The translations under genes were made by a program, and so were the position numbers. From contig CP142726.1 in assembly GCA_036630325.1 (NCBI GenBank), forward strand, positions 1,364,001 through 1,428,000: a stretch of DNA of 64,000 nucleotides, written 5' to 3'. Origin of the DNA: Vairimorpha necatrix. Lineage: Eukaryota. Below, one piece after another: positions 9,874 to 21,060 of the stretch. The notes under the pieces are model-generated. The model was not told the DNA's origin, searched no databases, and was given only the letters and a program-made list of their open reading frames with translations. The first letter of the stretch is position 1. Every line of letters starts with the position of its first letter.

Positions 9874-11100
9874 ATGAATCAAAAATATTTCAAATATTTA
9901 TATCACCACAGACACTTGGCCCCAAGGACAATCTCAAAGGGCATTTTAAAAACATTCAATAAAATTGACAAACATGACATTTTTACAAGATTCATATTTT
10001 TCATATATTTCAAAGACATAAATGACAAAATATTTTGCCCAGATTTATTCCTGAAATTATGCAAATCTGAAAAAATTATAAATTGCATAAAAGAAGATTT
10101 ATTTCATAAATCTTCTTTTTCTTTCAATATGAAAGATCTGCCTACAAATTTCAAGCACAAATTTATTTCTAACTCTGATTTCTCCCAGGAAGAAGCTTTT
10201 CAAATATTCATTTTTCTTTTAAATATTGAGATTAGTATTCATAAATTATATTTATCAGATATTGACATGATATGTAAAATTATAAGTAACATGAATTTAG
10301 AGACTAAAACCAAGATATTAAATCTTAATTATAAGATTTCTCCACTTATTTGTCTTCTTCTTATGAATATTAAAGATGACTCATTTTTAAATTCATCTTA
10401 CTTATCTTTTTATTATTTCTTAAATGCGCTTGACATGGATTTTAGAAATGCCTTGACATTTCTGAATAGTAAAAATTTGGAATATAAAAAAGTAGAGAAG
10501 ATTTTATTATATTCGAAATATTCAGTGATCAACGAATATCACAAAATTTTTATAAATTTTTATCCTGAAATTATTTACAATTGTAAAATTAATTTACAAA
10601 GATTAGAATATTTGAATAATCCTCTGTGTATTCCTTTAGAATATTCTACATTAAAGAATTATCTCTTTTGTGTTCCTTACTTCTTGAAAATTATGAATTT
10701 GAAACTTAATGACCCGAATTTCGACATTTTAATCCGCGTAATTTATATTGAGAAAATATTCAAGATTGGATTGACAAAGAGATGGTGTAAATTGATACAT
10801 TTATTGATATTAGATAATTGTAATATCTTGTATGTTTTATTAAAAAGGAAATTTGATATAAAAAATATCAAATTATTAATAAAATGTGTGCCGTCATTTC
10901 ATTTGGCCTTTGATCACAGTGTGAAAATGTACAAAGAGACCAAAGACGAGTTTTATGAAATTCTTCTTAGCAGATTATTGAGAAAATATCCAATTAAGGA
11001 ATATTTTAAGAAGATCTTGCCTTATAAAGAAATATTCCCGAGTGAATTTCAGAATAAATTCGAGAGATATTTAAATAATGAAGAATGTTTAGAACATTAA
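9874..11100 (+). CDS. INTS2: Putative Integrator subunit 2-like protein (C-terminal region only), 408 aa
   Basis: CCCC before ATG 9874; WCKLIHLLILDNCNIL..LLIKCVPSFHLAFD..ILLSRLLRKYP matches the remembered INTS2 C-terminal pattern (C..LH....D.NI, PS.H...D, LLS.L...Y). Confidence 0.6.
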   Translation: MNQKYFKYLYHHRHLAPRTISKGILKTFNKIDKHDIFTRFIFFIYFKDINDKIFCPDLFLKLCKSEKIINCIKEDLFHKSSFSFNMKDLPTNFKHKFISNSDFSQEEAFQIFIFLLNIEISIHKLYLSDIDMICKIISNMNLETKTKILNLNYKISPLICLLLMNIKDDSFLNSSYLSFYYFLNALDMDFRNALTFLNSKNLEYKKVEKILLYSKYSVINEYHKIFINFYPEIIYNCKINLQRLEYLNNPLCIPLEYSTLKNYLFCVPYFLKIMNLKLNDPNFDILIRVIYIEKIFKIGLTKRWCKLIHLLILDNCNILYVLLKRKFDIKNIKLLIKCVPSFHLAFDHSVKMYKETKDEFYEILLSRLLRKYPIKEYFKKILPYKEIFPSEFQNKFERYLNNEECLEH

Positions 11101-11477
11101 TACGTCATTATATTGGCAGGGGAAGCCTTTTTATAAGTATGATCTATAAAATATCTCAAATTTGTCAGGAGCAGTGAATTGAGACTTTTTATACGCGGGC
11201 GACATAAAAACTTAGGCTGTTTTTGTAGAAACAAGAAGTATTCCTCAATTTGTAGCAGATTAAAAAGGCAAGACTGGACACGAAATTGAAAACATCATCG
11301 TGCTATTTCAGGGGCCTGTTACTATCTCCATATTTTACAAATAATAAGCAGCTTAAAATTCCATAACTGCCTAAAACTTATTTGTTCTTGAAAAGTAAAT
11401 TTAAAATTTCATTGCTTAAAATTTCATATCTTTTAAATTAGATTGGCTCGGCTTTTCCCTGCTCAATAAATGACGCA
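11101..11477. mobile_element. MITE-like element with ~27-bp imperfect TIRs
   Basis: tacgtcattatattggcaggggaagcc versus reverse complement of ggcttttccctgctcaataaatgacgca; no ORF. Confidence 0.55.
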
Positions 11478-11951
11478 TTTTAGTGGCTTGATTTTTCTGG
11501 TCTTGAGGTGCGTTTCTAAACTAGGCTGAAACTTTCTGTGTCTGAAACACATGTTTCAAAAATAAACTCTACGAATTACCATAGATATGTTTCAGTATAC
11601 CGATGATCCATCTTAAGAATATAAATAAATGCTATTCATATTTATTATGTATCAATATAATGCTTTTCTCTAATACACGTGTATTATTTAATTTAGAGTC
11701 ATGATTTTTTTTCATTTATGCTTAAAAATAATTGGGCAATTTTTTATGCTTTGTAAATCGCAAGGTGAAAAATAAAAAAGTTGAAAATAAGCTCTTGATT
11801 GGATTTAAGATTCTGTGCCTTCCGGGCTTGTCAATTTCAAGAGGTCAAAAATATTCAAGAAATTTTCGATTTATCTCGTCTTGTTCTTTAAATAAATCTT
11901 ACCTTATTTAAAGTTGTTTAGCTATGTTAATATTCTCATTTACCCCTCAAT

Positions 11952-12713
11952 ATGAAGTGCCTGGGGTATGTCCTTACGATAGATTTCCTTATTTTTATAA
12001 GTTACTGTCTCCCTTCCAAGAAATATCACAGCTTAGATGTCTGGGATATTCTCGAATATCTCGAAGTTTTCCCTTATAATTTCGCGGAATTAACTTTGTA
12101 TCTTCTAGTGACACTGGGAGTTCTTCCTCTTGCTCTCTCCTGTATAATTTTAATTTCTCTCAAAATTTACACCCATGACTTTGTAAAACCAATACAAAGA
12201 TCATTTCTAATTTCTTCTATTTATTATATTTCTAGTATTCTTTTTAACATGTTCTTGACCGACTTCTTTTTGTTGTCTACCAAACAAATCCCTGTAAACA
12301 ATAGAAAATCTTACTATACTTCTTTGTATATTCAAAAAATCTTTAATAGATTTATAACACTAATTCTTAATGCTATAATTTACATTATCACTTTTCTAAT
12401 ATTAGAAATCCAAATAGCCTTCAGGCTTAATTCCATTTCTATGAGAAATTTCTACATCTTAAAAAAAAACAATGTCTGTCTTTCTATAATTTCTCTAGGT
12501 CTATTATATTATCTATATCTTCTTATAAAGTTTATAATCCCGATTTATAATTATTATAAATCTTTATATAAGATGTTTACTATCTTCAATATTTCATTTC
12601 TCTCTGTTCTCTTGACTAATTCTGCTTTTTATTTCGTATATTCTGAATATATCAATAATTACGTGTTAAGCCATTCAAGAATGTACAGAGATTTACATAT
12701 GGAGAATTTGTAA
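11952..12713 (+). CDS. Hypothetical multi-pass membrane protein
   Basis: 253-aa ORF, CCCC motif before ATG, about six hydrophobic segments. Confidence 0.75.
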   Translation: MKCLGYVLTIDFLIFISYCLPSKKYHSLDVWDILEYLEVFPYNFAELTLYLLVTLGVLPLALSCIILISLKIYTHDFVKPIQRSFLISSIYYISSILFNMFLTDFFLLSTKQIPVNNRKSYYTSLYIQKIFNRFITLILNAIIYIITFLILEIQIAFRLNSISMRNFYILKKNNVCLSIISLGLLYYLYLLIKFIIPIYNYYKSLYKMFTIFNISFLSVLLTNSAFYFVYSEYINNYVLSHSRMYRDLHMENL

Positions 12714-12763
12714 AACACTTCTGAAACATCTTCTTAATATTCAGTAAAATAAAAAATAATAAA

Positions 12764-13924
12764 ATGATCTCATATTTCTTTACTCTCGATTTATCTTTAT
12801 TTTTACAATCTACACCTAGTCTCGTTATTTCATTAATCGGTCTACTTGTTACAGGTCGAATTCTGGAAAAAGTAGTAGACGATCTCGAACTCAAAATTTA
12901 TCCAATTTTACTGCAGTCAAATTGTATACTAAATTTTAAAGGAAATATCGAACTACTCTACGCTTTGTATTTGTCGTCTATGAGACTGAACGATTATCTC
13001 AATTATAAAAAATATCTTAGGTATGCATTTGACAATGGATATCTTGTGCTTCTCCAGTCTATTACTATAGGAATAACAATAGGAATAATCGGAATATCTA
13101 AACTTGTACTATCTGGAATATTTGATATAAAAATATTCCTTAATATCTTCACCACTTCATTGGTCACTTGTACTGTTTCAACCTTATTATTCATTTTATT
13201 CCTTTATTTTACTATAGAATTCTCTAAATATTGCGACATTACTCCTGACAACGTCGTTTTACCAACTATATCTTCTATATCTGATTATTTAAGCATTCGA
13301 CTGCTAATTCTTTTTACAAAATTTTTCAAAAAATCTTCGATTTTTTCAATGATTTTTATCATTTCACTTTGCCTATGTTTCGTACCTATTTGTCTTTTTT
13401 TCATATTCGTCAGTAAAAAACGAATGCCAATCCAATCAGTCCAAATACTTTTTTTTACATACATTCTGAGTACACTAGGCGGGTACTTTCTAGACATATT
13501 CTCATCAAAATATTCATTTATAGCTTCAACATTCCCTGTTTATTCTGGTCTGGCTGTGTCTATAGCTTTTATTTATCTTCATAAAATTTTTACATCTATA
13601 AATAATAATATAGAACATGATAGCGAAAAAACAAAAGCGACTTTACTGGTCACATCTTTCATAATGATATTGTTTTATATCTTATTATCTATGTATTATG
13701 AAGTTAGAAAAGGTATAATGTTTTATATTCTTTTGATTTCATTTTTTTTGTGTCAGGTGGGGATACTTTTGAAATTAATAGAAGAACTAGCAGTATTCTT
13801 ACAGGAATATGAAGGAGATATAGGTATTGTGTCTATACCAATAATAACAGCATTGGGAGATGTATTAAGTACTTTGTTGCTTATATTAGTGGCATCATTA
13901 AGTACGAAAAAAATTGATAAATAA
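12764..13924 (+). CDS. SLC41/MgtE-family divalent cation (Mg2+) transporter
   Basis: LNFKGNIEL, TPDNVVLPTISSISD and SIPIITALGDVL match the two MgtE repeats of SLC41. Confidence 0.85.
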   Translation: MISYFFTLDLSLFLQSTPSLVISLIGLLVTGRILEKVVDDLELKIYPILLQSNCILNFKGNIELLYALYLSSMRLNDYLNYKKYLRYAFDNGYLVLLQSITIGITIGIIGISKLVLSGIFDIKIFLNIFTTSLVTCTVSTLLFILFLYFTIEFSKYCDITPDNVVLPTISSISDYLSIRLLILFTKFFKKSSIFSMIFIISLCLCFVPICLFFIFVSKKRMPIQSVQILFFTYILSTLGGYFLDIFSSKYSFIASTFPVYSGLAVSIAFIYLHKIFTSINNNIEHDSEKTKATLLVTSFIMILFYILLSMYYEVRKGIMFYILLISFFLCQVGILLKLIEELAVFLQEYEGDIGIVSIPIITALGDVLSTLLLILVASLSTKKIDK

Positions 13925-13998
13925 AATTTTTTAAAAATTTACCAAATCTGAAAATTAAGATATTTTAAATAGAAACGTATTTTGTAAATAAAATTAAT

Positions 13999-14861
13999 GG
14001 CTAATTTTCACTTTATCCCCCCCCTTACCAATATAAATACAGAATTTTTTATTTTTAGCCCTGTTTTTTAAAAGTCGAAGCGTCCAGAGCGGAAAGGAAC
14101 AGAGAAAAATTTACATAAGTAAAAAAATGGTCTTAGAAATATCTAATTTGATCATAGTTTATGAAAAATATATTATTTAAACCAATTTAATAATGTTTTC
14201 TAAAAAACTATGAGTTAAATAGAAGTCTAAATTTGTAAAAATATGTTTTAACCTATTGCTTTCTTTTGTCATTACATTTAATTTTTGCCAAATATAAACA
14301 TGTTTATACACAGTTTATGTTGTTTAAAACAGATTCTAGGTTTGGTTATTCTTAGTTTGGTAGTATATTTATTAGTCTTGTTTTTTAGGTTTTCATTGGT
14401 TTTTCTAGACAAACAGAGAATAATTATGTTATATTTATGCTTTTTAAAGAATTATTGAATCGTATATAATGTCAATTTAATAAGATATGTTATATTTTAG
14501 CTCCAAAAGTAAAATATTACATGTTTGGAAAATTCTTTAATTCTTGAAAAATATTCATTTATAACAGCAAATGAACCTTATAAATATTATTTATATAGAG
14601 ATTTCGTTGTTATACATTGCAATGTACAATAAAGATAAATCTTGATCAATAATTGGAAGAAGGAAATTTTTAAAAAATTGAAAAAAAAAAACGAAAAAAC
14701 AATTGTTTTATTTTTGGTAAATATGCTATTTTATTACAACTTTATTTTTTTGACTTTTGCTCCTTCACATTTTTTCCGCTTCGAATTTCGAAAAAAGGGG
14801 ATATTTTTTAAAAATTCTCAATTTATATTGGTAAGGGGGGGGGATAAAGTGAAAATGCTCC
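13999..14861. mobile_element. Non-autonomous DNA transposon (Merlin-like; MULE not excluded) with 9-bp TSD
   Basis: TIR gg..attttcactttatccccccccttaccaatataaat and its reverse complement at 14821-14861; AAAATTAAT at 13990-13998 and 14862-14870; TIR resembles Merlin TIR at 37958. Confidence 0.85.
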
Positions 14862-15336
14862 AAAATTAATTATGGATTATTAATTCTGTATTAAAACGTA
14901 TTTTGTATATAAAATTTATTTAGGATTATTAATTCTGTATTAAGTTAAAGAAAAAGGAAACCACGCAGTGATTCACCTCTACAACGTGTCTAAAATGGTT
15001 TTATTCAAAAAAAAATTTTTTTTAAACACGTACTGCAAATTTGTTAAAAAAGATATAAAATTAAAATATAATAAGACTTTGAAAAACTTCACGAAAGATT
15101 AGCTTAAAAATAAAAATCTTTGCGAATTTTATATATTATTATAAGTAGTTATAACTTTTAGTCAGAATTTTATCAAACTATAAAAATTTTAAAATTACGA
15201 TACAAAAAAGTCAAACTCCAATAAATATTAAAAAATAGACTTGCGACACAAATCAAAAATGAAGATATCCCATGCGATACGATATCATTTAAAAATTTAT
15301 GTTTAGATTTTTACAGTCTCTATTTGTTTTTTATTT

Positions 15337-16095
15337 TTAAAAATATTTTGTCTCATACGATGAATCATCGTCTTCAAAGTCAAATAAAAAATTATTATTC
15401 TGTTTATCCGGTATAACTCTTCTATCTTTGTGTTTATAATCTTCTTCTATTGTTTTCTGTTTCTTTAATTCTTCCAAATTATTTTTAAAATATTTTTCAA
15501 GTTTATTGTCATTCAAAATTGGGAAATCTTTACTAGTCGACTCTGGAGCTTTCTTGATTATTTTTTTTATCCCGTCTTCTACGTTATTTTCACTATTTAT
15601 AAACAGTCTTCCTAATATTTGCACTAGCCCGTTAATTGTATTATCTTGTTGGTCGACTCGTTCTTTAAGACTTCGCACTTCGTTCTCAAGTTTAAAATTT
15701 TGCCCATTGAGATATTGTAACAAATCTTGCAATTGGTTAGGTGTCTTTGTTGTGCTTTTTGTTACTAATGTTGACAGTTTATCAGTTGTTCTTTTGATAC
15801 AACAAAGCATTTTCTCCCCGTTTCTTTGGAAATTTCTATGAAAATATTCTTCTTCTCGGGTATTTAAAGAATTTGACTTTGAAAAGCCGTAGACGTAGAG
15901 AAGTCGTACAAATGCGCTGTATTCCGTGGTCTTACTCAAATATTTTAGACCATTTGTCATAAAAGCATTTTTATCAGAAATATAAAAATGTAAGCCATCT
16001 TCAGTCCATTCTATTTCGGGATAAGCTGGATCATTTACGATTTTAAAGAGTCTTCTTATAAATCTAGTAATTTTTGGTGCTTTAAAATCACTCAT
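15337..16095 (-). CDS. HSF-type transcription factor
   Basis: FIRRLFKIVND..IEWTEDG..FVRLLYVYGFSK..YFHRNFQR DNA-binding domain followed by a coiled coil. Confidence 0.9.
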   Translation of the reverse strand: MSDFKAPKITRFIRRLFKIVNDPAYPEIEWTEDGLHFYISDKNAFMTNGLKYLSKTTEYSAFVRLLYVYGFSKSNSLNTREEEYFHRNFQRNGEKMLCCIKRTTDKLSTLVTKSTTKTPNQLQDLLQYLNGQNFKLENEVRSLKERVDQQDNTINGLVQILGRLFINSENNVEDGIKKIIKKAPESTSKDFPILNDNKLEKYFKNNLEELKKQKTIEEDYKHKDRRVIPDKQNNNFLFDFEDDDSSYETKYF

Positions 16096-16290
16096 GATTT
16101 ATGGGTTTATTTTTAACTCAAAAGTAAACTTGTTTTTTTATTAAAAAATTACATTCAAAATTTAATATCTCCATTGATGTTAATAGTTTCTTAAAATTAA
16201 ATGTTTGAAACGTGTCAAAAATATTTTATTTGGCCCAGACACACTAATTTCAAAAAATAAGATAAAAATATTTTTTTTCTAAAAGGGGGT

Positions 16291-16635
16291 ATGGAAAATA
16301 CTGTGGGTAACAATCTCAACATTATAATCAAAGATGAGAAAAAAGAAGATAAAGAAATATTTATTTTATCCACTAAGAAACGGAAATGTGATGATACAAT
16401 CATAAATAGCGCAAAAACCAGAAAACATTCTGACACAATGAAAAACAATTGCTATAAGTGTAATAGAAGAATGAATCTTGTAAGCTCTTATAAATGCAGA
16501 TGTGGGAATAATTATTGTAATAGGCACAGATTCCACGATCAACATGACTGCAAATTCGACTTCAAAAAATTGGCAACTGAGAAATTAGCAATGAATAATC
16601 CTAAATTACAAAATAATCGAATTGGAGATCATTAA
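16291..16635 (+). CDS. AN1-type zinc finger protein
   Basis: CYKC..CRCGNNYCNRHRFHDQHDCKFDFK..NNP; GGG motif before ATG. Confidence 0.9.
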   Translation: MENTVGNNLNIIIKDEKKEDKEIFILSTKKRKCDDTIINSAKTRKHSDTMKNNCYKCNRRMNLVSSYKCRCGNNYCNRHRFHDQHDCKFDFKKLATEKLAMNNPKLQNNRIGDH

Positions 16636-16740
16636 AATAAACGAATTTATGTATTCAAATTGTCTTAAAAAAACAAAAACTTTCTACTTGTAAATTTGCA
16701 ATTAGAAAAAACAATATAAATACAAATATACTTTTTACAT

Positions 16741-16822
16741 GACGGTGTAGCAAAGTGGTTAACGCGCTAGATTGCTAATCTAGTTCCTTCTGGGAGCGCG
16801 AGTTCGAATCTCGCCATCGTCG
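16741..16822 (+). tRNA. tRNA-Ser(GCT)
   Basis: Cloverleaf, anticodon arm CTAGA-TT-GCT-AA-TCTAG, long variable arm, GTTCGAATC, oligo-T terminator. Confidence 0.95.
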
Positions 16823-16850
16823 TTTTTTTAAAATTTTATTACGACCCCAA

Positions 16851-17858
16851 ATGGCTAATAGTTTTGCTTGGGAAAAAGAATATAAGCGAACTTGGCTGGA
16901 AGATAAAAAACTTGATTCAAAAAATGAATACAAAATTAATAAACTTATTTACAATGATAAAAAGAAAGGAATTTTGCGTCATCTACATATTTTATTAGAT
17001 GTATCATTGTCTATTGACAAAAATGACTATTTGCCGTCAATTCGTAAAAATATTATTTCTTCTCTCGAAAAATTTATTCCGAAATTCTACCTTGAAAATC
17101 CAATCTCTGGGATGTCTTTTTCATGTGTGAACGACAGAACAATAAAAATAACAAACTCTACTAATGTAAAAGATTTATTAAATCGTAAAGGCGAAGGAAA
17201 TTTTTCTTTATTAAATGGCCTTTATGGCGCAGTAGAACACATAAAATCTTATACATTTTGTAAAGAAATTGTAGTAATTGTCTCCAGTTTGGTATTGAAA
17301 GATTCTGACTCGTATTCTGAAATTATCGACATATTGAAAAAACTAAATATAAAAATTAATATTATTAGTATTTGTGGAGAACTCATGATTTATAAACATA
17401 TAGTAGAATCTACAGGAGGGAAATTGTATGTTCCATTGAATATTGACCATTTTGACTATATTCTTAAATCTCTAACAATACCAAGCGAAATCAAGAGCGC
17501 GACTATAAATTTGATAAAACTGGGATTTCCTAAAGTAATTTATGAAGAAGGAGTTTGCGCGTGCCATTTGCAAATGAATTTGGCAGGATATGAATGTCCT
17601 GCGTGTAAAACATACATTTGTTCACTTCCCATGGGATGTCCCATATGTGAATTACAACTAGTCAGTTCATTAAATATATCGAAATCTTACCAACATATGT
17701 ACCCTCTAAAATTATTTATAAAGTGTCCTGAGGGAACGTGCATTGTTTGTCAGAAAAAAGGCGAAGAATGTTGTGGAAAGTGCAATTCGGTGTATTGCGA
17801 TGATTGCAACTTTTTTGTTCATGAAAATCTAAATTTCTGTCTTGGTTGCAAAAAATAA
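16851..17858 (+). CDS. SSL1: TFIIH subunit Ssl1/p44
   Basis: FAWE, KKGILRHL, vWA domain (ENPIS, GNFSLLNGL), LIKLGFP, CACH, C4 and C-terminal zinc fingers. Confidence 0.95.
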   Translation: MANSFAWEKEYKRTWLEDKKLDSKNEYKINKLIYNDKKKGILRHLHILLDVSLSIDKNDYLPSIRKNIISSLEKFIPKFYLENPISGMSFSCVNDRTIKITNSTNVKDLLNRKGEGNFSLLNGLYGAVEHIKSYTFCKEIVVIVSSLVLKDSDSYSEIIDILKKLNIKINIISICGELMIYKHIVESTGGKLYVPLNIDHFDYILKSLTIPSEIKSATINLIKLGFPKVIYEEGVCACHLQMNLAGYECPACKTYICSLPMGCPICELQLVSSLNISKSYQHMYPLKLFIKCPEGTCIVCQKKGEECCGKCNSVYCDDCNFFVHENLNFCLGCKK

Positions 17859-17950
17859 TAATAAATTAAAATATTTGCAATTTAAAATAATCTATTGTAA
17901 AAAATTTTATACAAGATTTTTTTCTTATATTTAAAGATAAAATCATAAAA

Positions 17951-18022
17951 TGCCACGACTGAGAATCGAACTCAGGACCTTCAGTTTACAAGACTGACGC
18001 TCTACCACTGAGCTACAGTGGC
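17951..18022 (-). tRNA. tRNA-Thr(TGT)
   Basis: Reverse complement GCCACTGTAGCTCAGTGGTAGAGC..TCAGT-CT-TGT-AA-ACTGA..GTTCGATTC..GTGGCA. Confidence 0.95.
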
Positions 18023-18699
18023 TTAAAAACAAAAATATATAAAATTTTTGTTTTTCCAATTTACAAAATTCAAATAGTGTAAAACTAATACAAAAAATGT
18101 ATATACATATGTTTTAACACGAAATATAAAGATGGTACATAATTATAATTGTTTTATTATCAAGCACAATAAAACAAATTGTATTTTTTCAGGTTTTCTT
18201 TTTTGTATTTATGTGTATAATAAAATTTGATCGCAGTCTTTCTAAGGATATTTTGACTCCACTTCTACTTGCATGTTCGATTGAAATGCTCTTAAAAGTT
18301 TATTTTTGCTTAGCGTAATCAGCATTATAACAAATATTATATCCATAAAAATTTTGGTCCGATAAAAATTTCTTGTAATATATAATTTATCTTGCAGGCA
18401 AATTTTTTTCAGAATGTAGATTATTTTAACTAATTTTGTTTTTTAAAAGATAGAATAAGGTTTATTGACGGTTGCCTACAAAATGGCTCATACATTCTGC
18501 TGAATTTTAAATGTGCTATTTGTTTTGTTTTTTTCGATATGACGCCGTTTTGCAAAATGTCTATATTTCTAAATGACACTTTCAATATCATCAACGGACC
18601 AATAAGAGTAACATCTTGATCTTATTAATGGTATGGTTTGCAATAATTTCATTTTTAGTTTTCCGTTTTTATTTTGTGCTTAAATTGAAAGTAGTACAT

Positions 18700-18775
18700 A
18701 GTTTGTTTCTGTAGAAATCCAAAACTTCATAAAAATTAATTTGATGGTCAGGATTATAATATAACTGCATAAATT
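18700..18775 (-). pseudogene. Relic matching the C-terminal motif of the triplicated family
   Basis: MQLYYNPDHQINFYE (18770-18726) versus family LCRNPEHKFNFYE / LCRNPDYKFNFYE. Confidence 0.4.
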
Positions 18776-20689
18776 ATTCTTAGTACAACTAGATTTTATC
18801 ACATGAATAATCATATCTAGTTGTCTGTATGACAATTTTTCGACGTAGCATTTTTACATAACGTTTTAGCATTTTATCACAATATTCTTGTATTTTTAGC
18901 ACAACATTTTTGTATTTTTAGCATAATATTCCCAATTACAATGCTTACCAAAACTCTACAAAAAATTTGTTTTAGAATTTTTTATTATTAAAATGGTTAT
19001 ACTCAATGATTAAATTTTCGAACCAATTAAATAAAGCAGGAATTATTAATCAGTCCTAAGATTTTTTATATCATTTGTTTGATTTTGCAACAATCATTTA
19101 CATATCAAAAAAAAAAAATTTCATATATAAAGTATAATATTAATTTGTTTGATATTTTAATTTTACAAATATAAAAGGTCTATAGTGTATAACTATTATT
19201 TTGACGCTTAAAACTTAATTAGTTGCAAATAAAAAACTAAAAGATTAATTGATTTTATATCTAAAATAAGCCATTATTGCGTAAAAATCTAATCATCGAT
19301 GTTATTTCCATTAATTTACGTATTCTTTTTCCATTTAATGAAGCACTAATCGTATATTTTTTTTTACTGGGCTGAAAAAACTATATATAAATTTTTACTC
19401 AATCTATTATTTGCAAAAATTTACATTTTATGTATTTTCATGTAAAAAGTTACTTATTCTAAAAAAAAGAATTACGACGAAAATATGATCGAATCATTTG
19501 TTTTTTATATTTTGGATGATTGCTGCGAACAATTATTTACTGTTTAGTATAAACTTAGAAACAACATTTTGCTTCAACTAGACCTACAAGATGCGTTTAT
19601 CCAAAAATTTGCTGTTGAAACTTTAATTCATTAATTCTATATAATTATTGTCGCGGGCATTAAAACACATGAGATAAGCATTTAAATTTGATGTAGAGTT
19701 TGCAATGAATAAATATTTATATTGCTAAAAATCGTTTACATACTAAACGATCATAAATTTGACTGAGACTTAAATTATGTTTAGATTTTTTTGTAGTATG
19801 TACTTATGAGAAGAGGCCGAAAAAAACCCGAAAGTACAACTTATGTCAGTATCTTTACATATAACTTTCGTCTTAACAAGTACAATTGAAAAATTCATTA
19901 TAATGCTACGCCAATTACCCTGTTTTTACGCAATTTTATACCTTTTTGCAATTCTTAAAAAATTTACAACTCTTTTCGAAGCTTGCAATAGAACTTTAAT
20001 ATAAATTAGTCTGCCGATTGTTGTGTCAACCATTATTTACACACGCGTTATTTTTTTTCTATTTGGTAAACTATAACCATAGGTCTGATAACGAACTATT
20101 TAAACTAAGTCTTTTGATTTTTTTACTATTTCAGAAATCGTATACGAACTGTTTGTAGTTATATAATCAAAAAGTAAACTTAGCGTAAATAAAAATCTAT
20201 AGAAACTTAAAATTAATGTTTATACTTATTTTTGATATTATTGTCGAATATTCCGAATCAGCAAATTGTTTATTTTAATTTAAATGTGTAATTTCAACAT
20301 ACTCGATATTATATCATTGTCTTGTTTACAAATAATCAATAAGTTCAAAAAATTTCGAATAGATTAAATGTATTCTAAGTAAACTTTTTACAAATTATGC
20401 ATATTTTTTTTAAATTATAATATAAAATAGATAGAATACAGATAACAAAAAATTTTTAATTGTTGGACAGTTCACATCATATGGATTTGCTTGCTGATAA
20501 ACATTTTGTTTAAATTTTTTTTTGATTTCTTTTTTATCGTATAAGAAATAAAATACACAACAAACTATTATTAAAACGAAAATTTTTCTTATTTTACATA
20601 CCAGAACCTAAACCAAAGATTTAAAATATACAAGTTTCATCTCCTGATACAGTATCTTTAAAGTTTTTATCCCTACGTAAATCATTTGA

Positions 20690-21060
20690 AAATCATCACT
20701 ACATATATTTGTGATAAATTCATTTACTAAAGAATCTGTAAAGTTTTAATTATTACATTTTTTTGTCATATTAAAAATATGGAATTACATCATCTTTAGA
20801 ATGATAGCTTTCATTAATACATACGGCCTTATGAACGTAAATTTTATCAATATATATAGTGTGTAGAACGCGTTTCGCATCATAATTTCCTTCTTTTGGG
20901 CCCCAACATCTATTATAAAAAAATTATCTCTCTTTTTTTTTTATACACTTTAAGAAATGTTTTTAGTTCATCATTTTAAAATCAATATGCTTATCAATAA
21001 TTTTTATAATATTATCTTTCACAGATAGGAATTTATCAATAATTTTACCTTAATAAAAAA
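20690..21060 (-). pseudogene. Degenerate N-terminal relic of the triplicated family
   Basis: Collinear fragments GKIIDKFLSVKD, RCWGPKEGNY, VLHTI, LVNEFITNIC versus SKIVDDCFLKD, ECEGLAEKGNE, ILYTI, IVLKFINNIC; stops and frameshifts. Confidence 0.45.

Noticed and set aside
14642..14869. 75-aa ORF
   Set aside because: Runs through MITE TIR and homopolymers
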